A stretch of 28,396 nt of DNA from a virus (lineage: Duplodnaviria; Caudoviricetes), in the IMG/VR virus record IMGVR_UViG_3300049170_000117, positions 1 to 28,396 of that record. One strand, written 5' to 3'. Under the pieces are notes generated by a model that saw nothing but the letters and a program-made list of their open reading frames with translations, did not search any database and was not told the DNA's origin. Each line of letters begins with the position of its first letter. The first letter of the stretch is position 1. The position numbers were made by a program, and so were the translations under genes. Shown piece by piece: positions 8,241 to 15,410 of this stretch.

Positions 8241-8283
8241 CGAACTTGTCCTTATATCTTAATCGTATACACCGGGGCGTCAA
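8241..8283 (-). promoter_or_regulatory. Promoter/operator repeat A, copy 2
   Basis: TTGACG-N16-TAAGAT with CGATTAAGATATAAGGACAAGTTCG. Confidence 0.7.
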
Positions 8284-8305
8284 TGTTTGTGATCTTGCAA
8301 ATGGC

Positions 8306-9229
8306 CTATCTGTCAGCTGAGTTGGATGTGGGCGTGCGCCCCCTGCGGGCCAGCTCCTTCGTGCGCTGACGGGCCATCGCCAACGCTGCCGGGTCCGCCT
8401 CGGCAACCCGGCGCTCCTGCTCGGCGAGGAACTCCCTCAGCCACTGCTGCTGCGAGGCGTGCTCGTTCTCGGCGGCCTTGCGCCTGGCCTGTTCACGACC
8501 GGCCCGCGGGTTGGTGCCGCACCCCCGGCAGTTACCGACCGGCTGCGGGTGCTTGGAACAGCCGGACGGCGGCTGCTCACCGGCCTCCGCGTTCGGCTCC
8601 CCCGCGGCGTCAGCCGTGGGGGTAGGGGGGAAAGGAAGGACAGAGGAAGGACAAAGGAAGGAAGGGGTTCCACCGGTGAAACCCCCGGGGTTCCACTCGT
8701 GGAACCCTCGGGGTTCCACCGGTGGAACCCTGAGGGAGTCCTCATCAGGGTTTCGCGGGTGAAACCCTGGGCCACTGCCCTGCTCTGGTCCGTGTGGGGT
8801 GCGCGGAGCTGTGCGCGCTTCAATGTCCTCGTGGGTCATGGCGGGTTTCGACGGTGCGGCACGCTTGATTCCGAGGCGTGCCTTGCGCGGGTTCTTCGGC
8901 GCGGCCTGCTCCAGCTCCCTGCGGGATTGCAACTCGTCCTTGGCCGGGACTGGCGGTACGCCCAGGGGGAACACGCGGTACTCGGCCGCGCGGCCGGCCC
9001 TGCCCGTCTCGATGCGTTCCACGAGCCCCTTGGCGACCAGCTCGGTCACGATGGTCACCGCCCGCTTGTCCGATACCCCTACCCACGCGGCCAGACGGGC
9101 CAGCCCCGGCCGGGACCTGCGGGTCTCGTCGTCGGCGGAATCGCACATCTTCATCAAGGCCAGCTTCTGGCTCTGATTGACCACATCAGCGGGCAGATAG
9201 GCCGCTGCCACCATCAAGTGAATGCTCAT
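8306..9229 (-). CDS. Phage-type replication initiator (N-terminal wHTH, iteron-encoded linker, C-terminal CxxH...CxxC)
   Basis: QKLALMKMCDSADD...PGLARLAAWVGVS...LVAKGLV wHTH; intragenic iterons; ATGA overlap with the upstream gene. Confidence 0.75.
   Translation of the reverse strand: MSIHLMVAAAYLPADVVNQSQKLALMKMCDSADDETRRSRPGLARLAAWVGVSDKRAVTIVTELVAKGLVERIETGRAGRAAEYRVFPLGVPPVPAKDELQSRRELEQAAPKNPRKARLGIKRAAPSKPAMTHEDIEARTAPRTPHGPEQGSGPGFHPRNPDEDSLRVPPVEPRGFHEWNPGGFTGGTPSFLCPSSVLPFPPTPTADAAGEPNAEAGEQPPSGCSKHPQPVGNCRGCGTNPRAGREQARRKAAENEHASQQQWLREFLAEQERRVAEADPAALAMARQRTKELARRGRTPTSNSADR
8665..8767. repeat. Four 20-bp palindromic iterons (putative origin)
   Basis: Variants of GGGTTCCACCGGTGGAACCC start at 8665, 8688, 8711 (23-bp period) and 8748; flanked by a purine-rich tract at about 8618-8664. 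Confidence 0.85.
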
Positions 9230-9537
9230 GACAGCGCCTTGTCGCCGCAGCCGGGCAGGGTAGGCACGCCCAGGGGGAACACCCGGTACTCGACCATACG
9301 GCCGGCCCTGCCCGTCTTGATGCGTTCCACGAGCCCCTTGGCGACCAGCTCGGTCACGATGGTCGCCGCCCGTGACTCCGAGACTCCCGCCCACGCGGCC
9401 AGGCCCGCCAGAGCGGGATGGGCCCTGCAGGTCTCGTCGTCGGCGGAATCGCACATTTTCATCAAGGCCAGCTTCTGGCTCTGGTTGACCACGCCAGTAG
9501 GCAAGTTGGCCGCTACCAGCATCAATTGGGCGCTCAT
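9226..9537 (-). CDS. Stand-alone wHTH paralog of the initiator N-domain (103 aa)
   Basis: 73/92 residues identical without gaps to the N-terminus of 8306..9229 (hand count); RBS GAGG. Confidence 0.8.
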   Translation of the reverse strand: MSAQLMLVAANLPTGVVNQSQKLALMKMCDSADDETCRAHPALAGLAAWAGVSESRAATIVTELVAKGLVERIKTGRAGRMVEYRVFPLGVPTLPGCGDKALS

Positions 9538-9573
9538 CGACACCTCTTCGGGTTGTGTGGGCATTTCGGTGAT

Positions 9574-9607
9574 GGTGCGGAGGACGGCGGTTGCCGTCCT
9601 CCGCACC
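9574..9607 (-). terminator. Perfect 15-bp hairpin, terminator-like
   Basis: GGTGCGGAGGACGGC-ggtt-GCCGTCCTCCGCACC just after the exonuclease stop. Confidence 0.6.
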
Positions 9608-9622
9608 GGGGTCTGTGCCGGG

Positions 9623-10753
9623 TCACGTCCGGTGCACGGTCACGTTGATGCTCACCGAGGTGCGCCGGTCGTGGTCGAGCCGTACGGGCACGGGGATGTT
9701 CGCGGCCTTCAGCTGCGCTTTCATCGCTGCCGCGTCGGGAGCCATCGGCACCGTCAGACCGGCCCGCTCGTAGAGGGCGACCATGGCGTCCACGTCATCG
9801 ACCTTGGTCGGATTCCCGCCGCTCCAGCTCAGTACGTTGTCGCCGTAGACGCCCGCCTCGGAGCCGTCCAGCTTGGCGCGCAGGAGCTTCAGCCGGTCCT
9901 TGAGCGGCTTCATCTGCTCGGACACCTCGACGTACTCCGCCAGCGCCGCTGCGCGGCCTGCGTCGTCGTGGATGAGGATGCTCTGCGGGCGCCGTCCGGC
10001 CGCGACACTGCCCCAGCACGCCGTCTTGAAGGGGCAGTGGTCGCACACGGCCGACAGGCCCGGCCCCTGGAAGGTGCGCGGCAGGTCCTCGGGACTCTGA
10101 GCTGACCGCACCTGCTGGACCCACCAGCGCGCCCCGCGGGCCCGCTCGGCGCTGTAGGCGACCTCCTGTACGTGGTCATCGCCGCTGTCGCGATTGATGA
10201 ACCGAAACCGGATACGCCCCACGTCGACCGGGCCGAGCCGGGCGAGCTGCCGCTGCCCCTCCACGTCGGCGAACCCCTCGCTGCGCAGCAGATCCGCGTA
10301 CAGCAGGACCTGGCGGATCTCGGCGTCGCTGGCCCCGTAGCGCAGGACGTTGTCCCACTGGTAGGTGCTCTTGGTCTTCACGTCCTCCACGGTGGTCTCC
10401 TGGGCCGGGAGGAGGGGCCGCAGCCGCTTCGGCAGGCGGGCTGCGGTGTGGCTGTCGAGCTGGACGGCGTCGATGTGGCCCTTGATCGTCTGGTCCTCGA
10501 CGCTCCGCTCGATCACCCAGCCGTACTCCTCGCGGGCGGCGGCCAGGATGCCGGCGTGCAGCCAGGTGCCCAGGATCGCCTTGCGCTTCTCGCCGCCGTC
10601 GGTGGGCGTGTAGCCGTGCAGGAGGTATCCGGCGCGGCGGGCGCAGACGGTGTCGGATGCTCCGATCTTGGTTTGCAGGGAACGGGGGCGGCGTGCGTCG
10701 ACCTTGTGGGCTGCGGGCCACAGGCTGACGGGACGCTCGGCCGTGATGGTCAT
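9623..10753 (-). CDS. Cas4-like/RecB-family PD-(D/E)XK exonuclease
   Basis: ASDTVCARR, GTWLH, GHID, EDVKTK, QVLLY, CDHCPFKTAC (1+3 Cys Fe-S staple); ATG after TCTTGGAG. Confidence 0.85.
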   Translation of the reverse strand: MTITAERPVSLWPAAHKVDARRPRSLQTKIGASDTVCARRAGYLLHGYTPTDGGEKRKAILGTWLHAGILAAAREEYGWVIERSVEDQTIKGHIDAVQLDSHTAARLPKRLRPLLPAQETTVEDVKTKSTYQWDNVLRYGASDAEIRQVLLYADLLRSEGFADVEGQRQLARLGPVDVGRIRFRFINRDSGDDHVQEVAYSAERARGARWWVQQVRSAQSPEDLPRTFQGPGLSAVCDHCPFKTACWGSVAAGRRPQSILIHDDAGRAAALAEYVEVSEQMKPLKDRLKLLRAKLDGSEAGVYGDNVLSWSGGNPTKVDDVDAMVALYERAGLTVPMAPDAAAMKAQLKAANIPVPVRLDHDRRTSVSINVTVHRT

Positions 10754-10823
10754 ACAGGTCTCCAAGAAGACGGGGTGCCGCCCGCCGCGCAGGCGGGCGC
10801 ACCCGGTCGGATGGGGGGAAGGG

Positions 10824-11807
10824 TCAGGAAGCGGCGCGGCTGCTCTTGGCCGAGGCGGCCCGCTTCCGGGGGGAGGCACGCTTGCGCGCAGGCGCGGGCT
10901 TGTCGGCCTCCGTGGCCTGCTCGGGCTCCGGTTCCGGCGTCGGCTGCGCGGTCTTGGTGCGCTTCTTCGGCGTGTGCTTCTCCTCGTCCCGGGCTGTCGT
11001 GTCGTCCGGGCTGTCTGCGTCGGAGTTGTTGTCGCCGTCGGCGTTGTCCTGGCCGTCGCCCTCCAGGCCCGCGGCGGCCCGCAGGCGCTGGGTGGCGTCC
11101 TCGGCGACGCCGGCCACCACTTCGGCGTCGGCCTGCGCCATCTCCTCGTCCACGTACATCCCGGACAGGTCCTGGGGCGCGGCCATCCTGAGCGCACCGG
11201 CTTCCGCACACTTGCGGAGCATGTGAGCGGGCATGTTCCGCCACATCTTCGCTATGACGTACTGCTGTTGCTTGGAGTCCCAGTACGTCGGGGCGAACTC
11301 GCCCCAGCGCGCGATGAAGGGGAAGCGGCTGGCGCCCCTGAGCACCGTGACCTTGACCGCGGCCGGGGGGACGGGGGCCAGCCAGACCTCGTACGCCTTG
11401 CCCTCGGCGTCGTAGTAGACGGTGTCCTCATACGAGATGCGTTCGCCGGTCCGCTCCGCCGCGCGGTGAGCGATCGTACGGAAGCCGTCGATGCCGGTCT
11501 GGATGGTCCACTTGACCGGGTGCTCTTCGCGGTCGTCGCCGTAGTTCTTGCGCCCGATCATGTAGATCTGCCGGGCGAAGGGGTCGAGGCCGCTGCGGAC
11601 GCAGTAGTGGAAGAAGACGGCCAGCTGCGGGCGCGGGGCGAGTTCGAGGCCGGTGTTGATCAGGGCGAGGGCACTCAGCTGCCGACGGTCGAACTCCTGT
11701 TGGTCTGCTCGCAGGACAATCGCGCTGGCTGCCGCGCTCTGCGGGGCGGGAGCCGCCGGTTCTGATGCGACGCCCTCAGCGGATTCGGTCTCGTTGGGTT
11801 CGTTCAC
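10824..11807 (-). CDS. bet: Phage recombination protein Bet (RecT/Red-beta family SSAP)
   Basis: C..SGLDPFARQIY, IQTGIDGFR, WRNMPAHMLRKCAEAGALRMAAP. Confidence 0.9.
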   Translation of the reverse strand: MNEPNETESAEGVASEPAAPAPQSAAASAIVLRADQQEFDRRQLSALALINTGLELAPRPQLAVFFHYCVRSGLDPFARQIYMIGRKNYGDDREEHPVKWTIQTGIDGFRTIAHRAAERTGERISYEDTVYYDAEGKAYEVWLAPVPPAAVKVTVLRGASRFPFIARWGEFAPTYWDSKQQQYVIAKMWRNMPAHMLRKCAEAGALRMAAPQDLSGMYVDEEMAQADAEVVAGVAEDATQRLRAAAGLEGDGQDNADGDNNSDADSPDDTTARDEEKHTPKKRTKTAQPTPEPEPEQATEADKPAPARKRASPRKRAASAKSSRAAS

Positions 11808-11829
11808 GTGGTTCTCCAAGAAATTCGGT

Positions 11830-12174
11830 TCAGTCGGTCCGCAGTGCGCGGACCTCGAACGCAGGGGCCCACTCCGGGTGGCGCTCGATGAGCAGCCGGA
11901 CGTAGCGGGAGCGGAAGTTGTTGTTGAGGCGGAACTCGTCGCCTTCGGTGGCGTTGACGTAGCGCCAGCGCAGGACCTCGAAGAGCATTCCGATGCCGAC
12001 GCGCTTGGCGCCGCGCTCGAGGTAGTCGGCGGTCAGGCTCTCCAGAGCCCGCAGGACCCACGGGTTGAGCTGATGGAACGCCTCGAACTGCGCCTGGATC
12101 GTCGCCGCCTGATCGTCGGGCTGCCGCACGGTGTGGATCACCAGGCCCGGAATCTCGTCCTGGATGACTGCCAT
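11830..12174 (-). CDS. Phage-type hypothetical protein
   Basis: FEAFHQLNPWV...LFEVLRW...FRLNNNFRSRYVR resembles a widespread phage protein (recalled, not searched). Confidence 0.78.
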   Translation of the reverse strand: MAVIQDEIPGLVIHTVRQPDDQAATIQAQFEAFHQLNPWVLRALESLTADYLERGAKRVGIGMLFEVLRWRYVNATEGDEFRLNNNFRSRYVRLLIERHPEWAPAFEVRALRTD

Positions 12175-12196
12175 ACCCCGCCCCCTCGTAACCAAC

Positions 12197-12218
12197 TTCA
12201 AGAAGGTCACCTATCTTG
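12197..12218 (-). promoter_or_regulatory. Repeat B, copy 2
   Basis: CAAGATAGGTGACCTTCTTGAA upstream of the recombination operon. Confidence 0.5.
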
Positions 12219-12277
12219 GTGGTTGGGAGCGAGATGATCAACCCCGCTATCAGCAGGCCCGATTCACACCCGCGCGG

Positions 12278-12490
12278 TCAGATCGAGTTGGCTGCCGCTG
12301 CCTCGGCGGCCTCTTCGGCGCGCCGCTCGGCCTGCTCGTTTGCGGCGACGACGTCCCGCAGCATCCGGACCGCAAGATTGGAGTCGGGATTCCCGGCCAC
12401 GTAGCGCATCAGCGCCGCTTCGGTCAGGACGGCTTCCTTCGCCTTCATGACGGCGACGACGTCGCCGCCGGGCGTGTAGATGATCTGCAC
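12278..12490 (-). CDS. Hypothetical protein (70 aa)
   Basis: GTG after AAGGAGG. Confidence 0.75.
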   Translation of the reverse strand: MQIIYTPGGDVVAVMKAKEAVLTEAALMRYVAGNPDSNLAVRMLRDVVAANEQAERRAEEAAEAAAANSI

Positions 12491-12532
12491 TGTTGCCTCC
12501 TTGTGCGAGTAAGGGCAACCCCCGAAGGGGTA

Positions 12533-12552
12533 TACCTATATCTTATTCGTAC
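12533..12552 (-). promoter_or_regulatory. Repeat A, degenerate copy 3
   Basis: GTACGAATAAGATATAGGTA contains the TAAGAT -10; no clear -35. Confidence 0.5.
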
Positions 12553-12581
12553 GCGGGGTCTGAGTACAGTGTTTTCGCAGG

Positions 12582-13187
12582 TCAGAGGCCCTTTCGGGCG
12601 TGGCGCCCGCGTGTCAGCACCACCGAGCCAGGGCCGTCGTAGGTGCCCTCACGCAGAGCTGCCGCCACCTTCTCGTCCACCTCCCACGACAGGCTGCGCG
12701 CGCTCGCGCGCAGCTCGGGCACCGCCTCGATCACGGTGTCCAGCAGCCACAGCCGCGACCCGGACAGCAGCCAGTCCTCTTTCGGGAAGCCGCCCGAGGC
12801 TATCCGCGTCGCAAGGGTGCCCTGCGACGGCAGATGGAACAGCTCAATGATCTCGCGCTGACCAACGATCGCCGGCAGGTCATCACCAAGATCGGCCTCC
12901 CAGCCCTCCCCCTGCTCCGCGATCAGCCGTTCCTTGACCCGCACGTGGACCTGCTTGAACCGGGGCGTGGTGGTGCCGTACCGGGCCGCGAAACCCAGCG
13001 GCCAGTAGCGCACACCGGAGACGACGATGGCGGTCGCCGGGTCCAGGGCGCCTACGCTCGGGCTCAGCCACTGCCCCACCATCTGCGCCTCGACCCCGTA
13101 CAGGGCAGCGAACTCCTGGTGCCCGACCAGATAAGGCTTACGCCCGTGCATCGCCCCGTCCTCGCTGTCTCGCCTCTCGCGTGCCAC
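12582..13187 (-). CDS. Tandem Xis/AlpA-like wHTH DNA-binding protein (alternative start ATG 13151)
   Basis: Two similar units, LVGHQEFAALYGV...SGVRYW and IVGQREIIELFHL...GFP...SGSRLW. Confidence 0.65.
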   Translation of the reverse strand: MARERRDSEDGAMHGRKPYLVGHQEFAALYGVEAQMVGQWLSPSVGALDPATAIVVSGVRYWPLGFAARYGTTTPRFKQVHVRVKERLIAEQGEGWEADLGDDLPAIVGQREIIELFHLPSQGTLATRIASGGFPKEDWLLSGSRLWLLDTVIEAVPELRASARSLSWEVDEKVAAALREGTYDGPGSVVLTRGRHARKGL

Positions 13188-13324
13188 CGGCAGGGTAGCC
13201 GCGTACCGCGCGCCGCGCTCAGTGGGAGGCCGCTGCTATCGTGGACGACGGTCTTCTCCAAGAGGCCCTGAACGGCCCCTGCTCCGGCGGGGGCCGCTCG
13301 CCTTCCCGCGGGAGGACTTCGGCT

Positions 13325-13570
13325 TCAGCCCCTGAGCACGGCGTACAGCGTCAGCGCCACCGCCGTGATGCTGACAAGGACGGCGATGGTCGGCAACGGC
13401 CACCGCCCTTTCTCCAGGGACGTCACCCTCTGTTCCAAGTCGTCGACAGCCTTGTCGGTCTGATCGGATCGCTGCACCAGCAACGCGAGCTGCCCGTCGA
13501 TCTTGGCCAGTCCCACCTCCAGCGCACTGCGCAGCTCGGCCAGGGCCAGTGCAACCTCACCCTCCGGCAC
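13325..13570 (-). CDS. Lysis-cassette membrane protein (coiled coil plus C-terminal TM helix)
   Basis: GTG after AAGGAG; follows the holin; hydrophobic C-terminus. Confidence 0.75.
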   Translation of the reverse strand: MPEGEVALALAELRSALEVGLAKIDGQLALLVQRSDQTDKAVDDLEQRVTSLEKGRWPLPTIAVLVSITAVALTLYAVLRG

Positions 13571-13598
13571 GGGATTTCTCCTTCTCTCGTGGCGCAGG

Positions 13599-13844
13599 TC
13601 AGCGGGCGGGGGTGGCGGGGTCGCGCTTGAGCGGCAGCCAGGACGCGGTGCCGGGCCGTCCCAGGACCGTGCCCAGGGTGGACTTCAGCGCCGACAGGGC
13701 AGCGGGTATCGCGGAGACGGCGGCTGCCTGCCACGCCGACAGCGACACCATGTCGGTGGTTCCCGAAGCGGCCATCAGGCCCAGCAGGGACTGGAGGTAG
13801 GTGGCGATCGTGCGTTCGGCGACGTCGGCGAGGGCCTGCGGCAT
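13599..13844 (-). CDS. r1t-like holin from an internal in-frame start (81 aa)
   Basis: ATG at 13844 with upstream AGGAG; AERTIATYLQ motif and two hydrophobic segments. Confidence 0.7.
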   Translation of the reverse strand: MPQALADVAERTIATYLQSLLGLMAASGTTDMVSLSAWQAAAVSAIPAALSALKSTLGTVLGRPGTASWLPLKRDPATPAR

Positions 13845-14807
13845 GGTGTCGGGCTTCTCCTGCTCGTGCTGGTCGGGTGTCGGTTCGGCAGAGCCGGCCG
13901 GATGCGGGACGCGCAGCTTGGCCCAGGTCTCTGGGCCGGGGATGCCGTCGGCGGCAGCTCCGTGATGGCCGCACTCGATCTGCCAGGCCGCGTACGAGCG
14001 GCGGTGCGCGTCGTTCCAGACCGGGCCCGGCCGGGTCTCGTAGGAATCGCAGCCCTCGGCAACCAGCCGCTTCGCCATGGCCTCGATCACCGGCGAGGAA
14101 CGGCCATCGCGGAAGAAATCCTTGCCCGGGTAGGCGGCATACTTCGGCTTCGGCTTCGGCTTCGGCTTCGGATCGGGCTTGGGCTTCGGCTTGCTGGGCG
14201 GCTTGCCCTCGTCCTTGAGATAAGCGGCGACACGGGCACGGAAGTCGTCCATGTCGATGCCGGCGGGGTCAGGCTTGGACGGCTTCCACTCCTTGTGCCC
14301 GATGACGCTGTGCTCGTTCCACCCATGGGCACGGCAGATCGCGGCCGCCGCGCGGGCCATCGCGTCCAGCTGCGCCGCGGGCCACGGCTGTTTCCCGCTA
14401 CCGGAGTTGATGCACTCGAAACCGTAGAAATGCCGGTTGCCGTCCGTGTCTTCCTCGTTGTCGCGCGGGAGTTTCTCCCTCTCCGCGATGACAGCGAGCA
14501 GCACGTCCGTATCACCCATGCCCGCATGGTTGGCCCGGCCGTAGCCGACCAGGTGCACCGTCCCGGCGCGGTCGACCACGCCGTGGCACAGCGGCCCGGG
14601 AAGTTCCTGGTAGCCGACGCGGCACAGCTCCACCATGTCGGCTTCGGACGAGTAGGGGCCGGTGTGGTGGATCATCACCCCGTTCATGGGGCCCCAGTTG
14701 CCGTGGGTGTTGCGGTTGTGGGTGCGCCATTGGCCGTGCTCGACGACACCGAGGCCCGCGTGCTTCAGCACGGACAGGAACTTGTCCGCGCTCAAAGGGG
14801 TTGCCAC
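13599..14807 (-). CDS. Endolysin (N-acetylmuramoyl-L-alanine amidase plus peptidoglycan-binding domain) in frame with an r1t-like holin
   Basis: IHHT, ANHAG, GFE, GHKEW..KPDP; PK linker; ADGIPGPETW binding motif; no stop before the holin part. Confidence 0.88.
   Translation of the reverse strand: MATPLSADKFLSVLKHAGLGVVEHGQWRTHNRNTHGNWGPMNGVMIHHTGPYSSEADMVELCRVGYQELPGPLCHGVVDRAGTVHLVGYGRANHAGMGDTDVLLAVIAEREKLPRDNEEDTDGNRHFYGFECINSGSGKQPWPAAQLDAMARAAAAICRAHGWNEHSVIGHKEWKPSKPDPAGIDMDDFRARVAAYLKDEGKPPSKPKPKPDPKPKPKPKPKYAAYPGKDFFRDGRSSPVIEAMAKRLVAEGCDSYETRPGPVWNDAHRRSYAAWQIECGHHGAAADGIPGPETWAKLRVPHPAGSAEPTPDQHEQEKPDTMPQALADVAERTIATYLQSLLGLMAASGTTDMVSLSAWQAAAVSAIPAALSALKSTLGTVLGRPGTASWLPLKRDPATPAR
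14142..14192. repeat. CTTCGG hexamer tandem repeat encoding the (KP)n linker
   Basis: Five perfect units plus degenerate units. Confidence 0.85.
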
Positions 14808-14972
14808 GCTCGCTTCGCCTTTCTCCCCTGCGCCGTATGGCGGTCGGCCGGACCCATGGGTCTGGGCCGGTCCCTCGGGGAGTTGCTGCGAAGCGGTAGG
14901 TGGAGGGTCACCCGGTCGTCATGGTACCCAGCAGCTGACACAGCGAGCCGCGTCGTCGCTGCTGGTGGGCGC

Positions 14973-15410
14973 TTACTCGTCGTCGCCGTCGATGCGGCAC
15001 GAGGCGCTATCGAGGCTGAGCCAGGCGGCTTTCACGCTGCCGCCGTCCTGCACCCGCAGGGTCATCCTCCCCTCGGGGCTGATGTCGAGATGGAGTTCAC
15101 GGCGGTTCGCATCCGAGGCCACCGGGACGGTGCGGGGCACGGCTGGCCAGTAGCCGTCCGGCAGGAAAGCGACGACTGACTCGTCCACCGCACGTCCACC
15201 TGGCAGACCGATCCGACCGCTGAACTCCAGCGTGTCCCACAGGTTGGCGCGCATCTGCGGCGGCTGCACGGAGTCCGGAACTGCGGTGTCGCCCGTCAGC
15301 GGCAGGTCCCGCCACGGCGGATACGGCGCGCGCCGCGCCCGCTCCAGCACCGTCACCCGCCGCTCCAGTCGGGCCAGGCGGCGCGCGAGCGTGGCGATCG
15401 TGTCCGGCAT
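14973..15410 (-). CDS. Minor tail protein, possible receptor-binding protein
   Basis: N-terminal coiled coil plus beta-rich head (FLPDGYWP, LDISPEG); last gene of the tail cluster. Confidence 0.65.
   Translation of the reverse strand: MPDTIATLARRLARLERRVTVLERARRAPYPPWRDLPLTGDTAVPDSVQPPQMRANLWDTLEFSGRIGLPGGRAVDESVVAFLPDGYWPAVPRTVPVASDANRRELHLDISPEGRMTLRVQDGGSVKAAWLSLDSASCRIDGDDE

Noticed and set aside
8665-10753. CRISPR-Cas system (palindromic repeats near a Cas4-like gene)
   Set aside because: Repeats are separated by only 3-17 nt inside a CDS; no cas1, cas2 or effector genes; the nuclease is paired with Bet.
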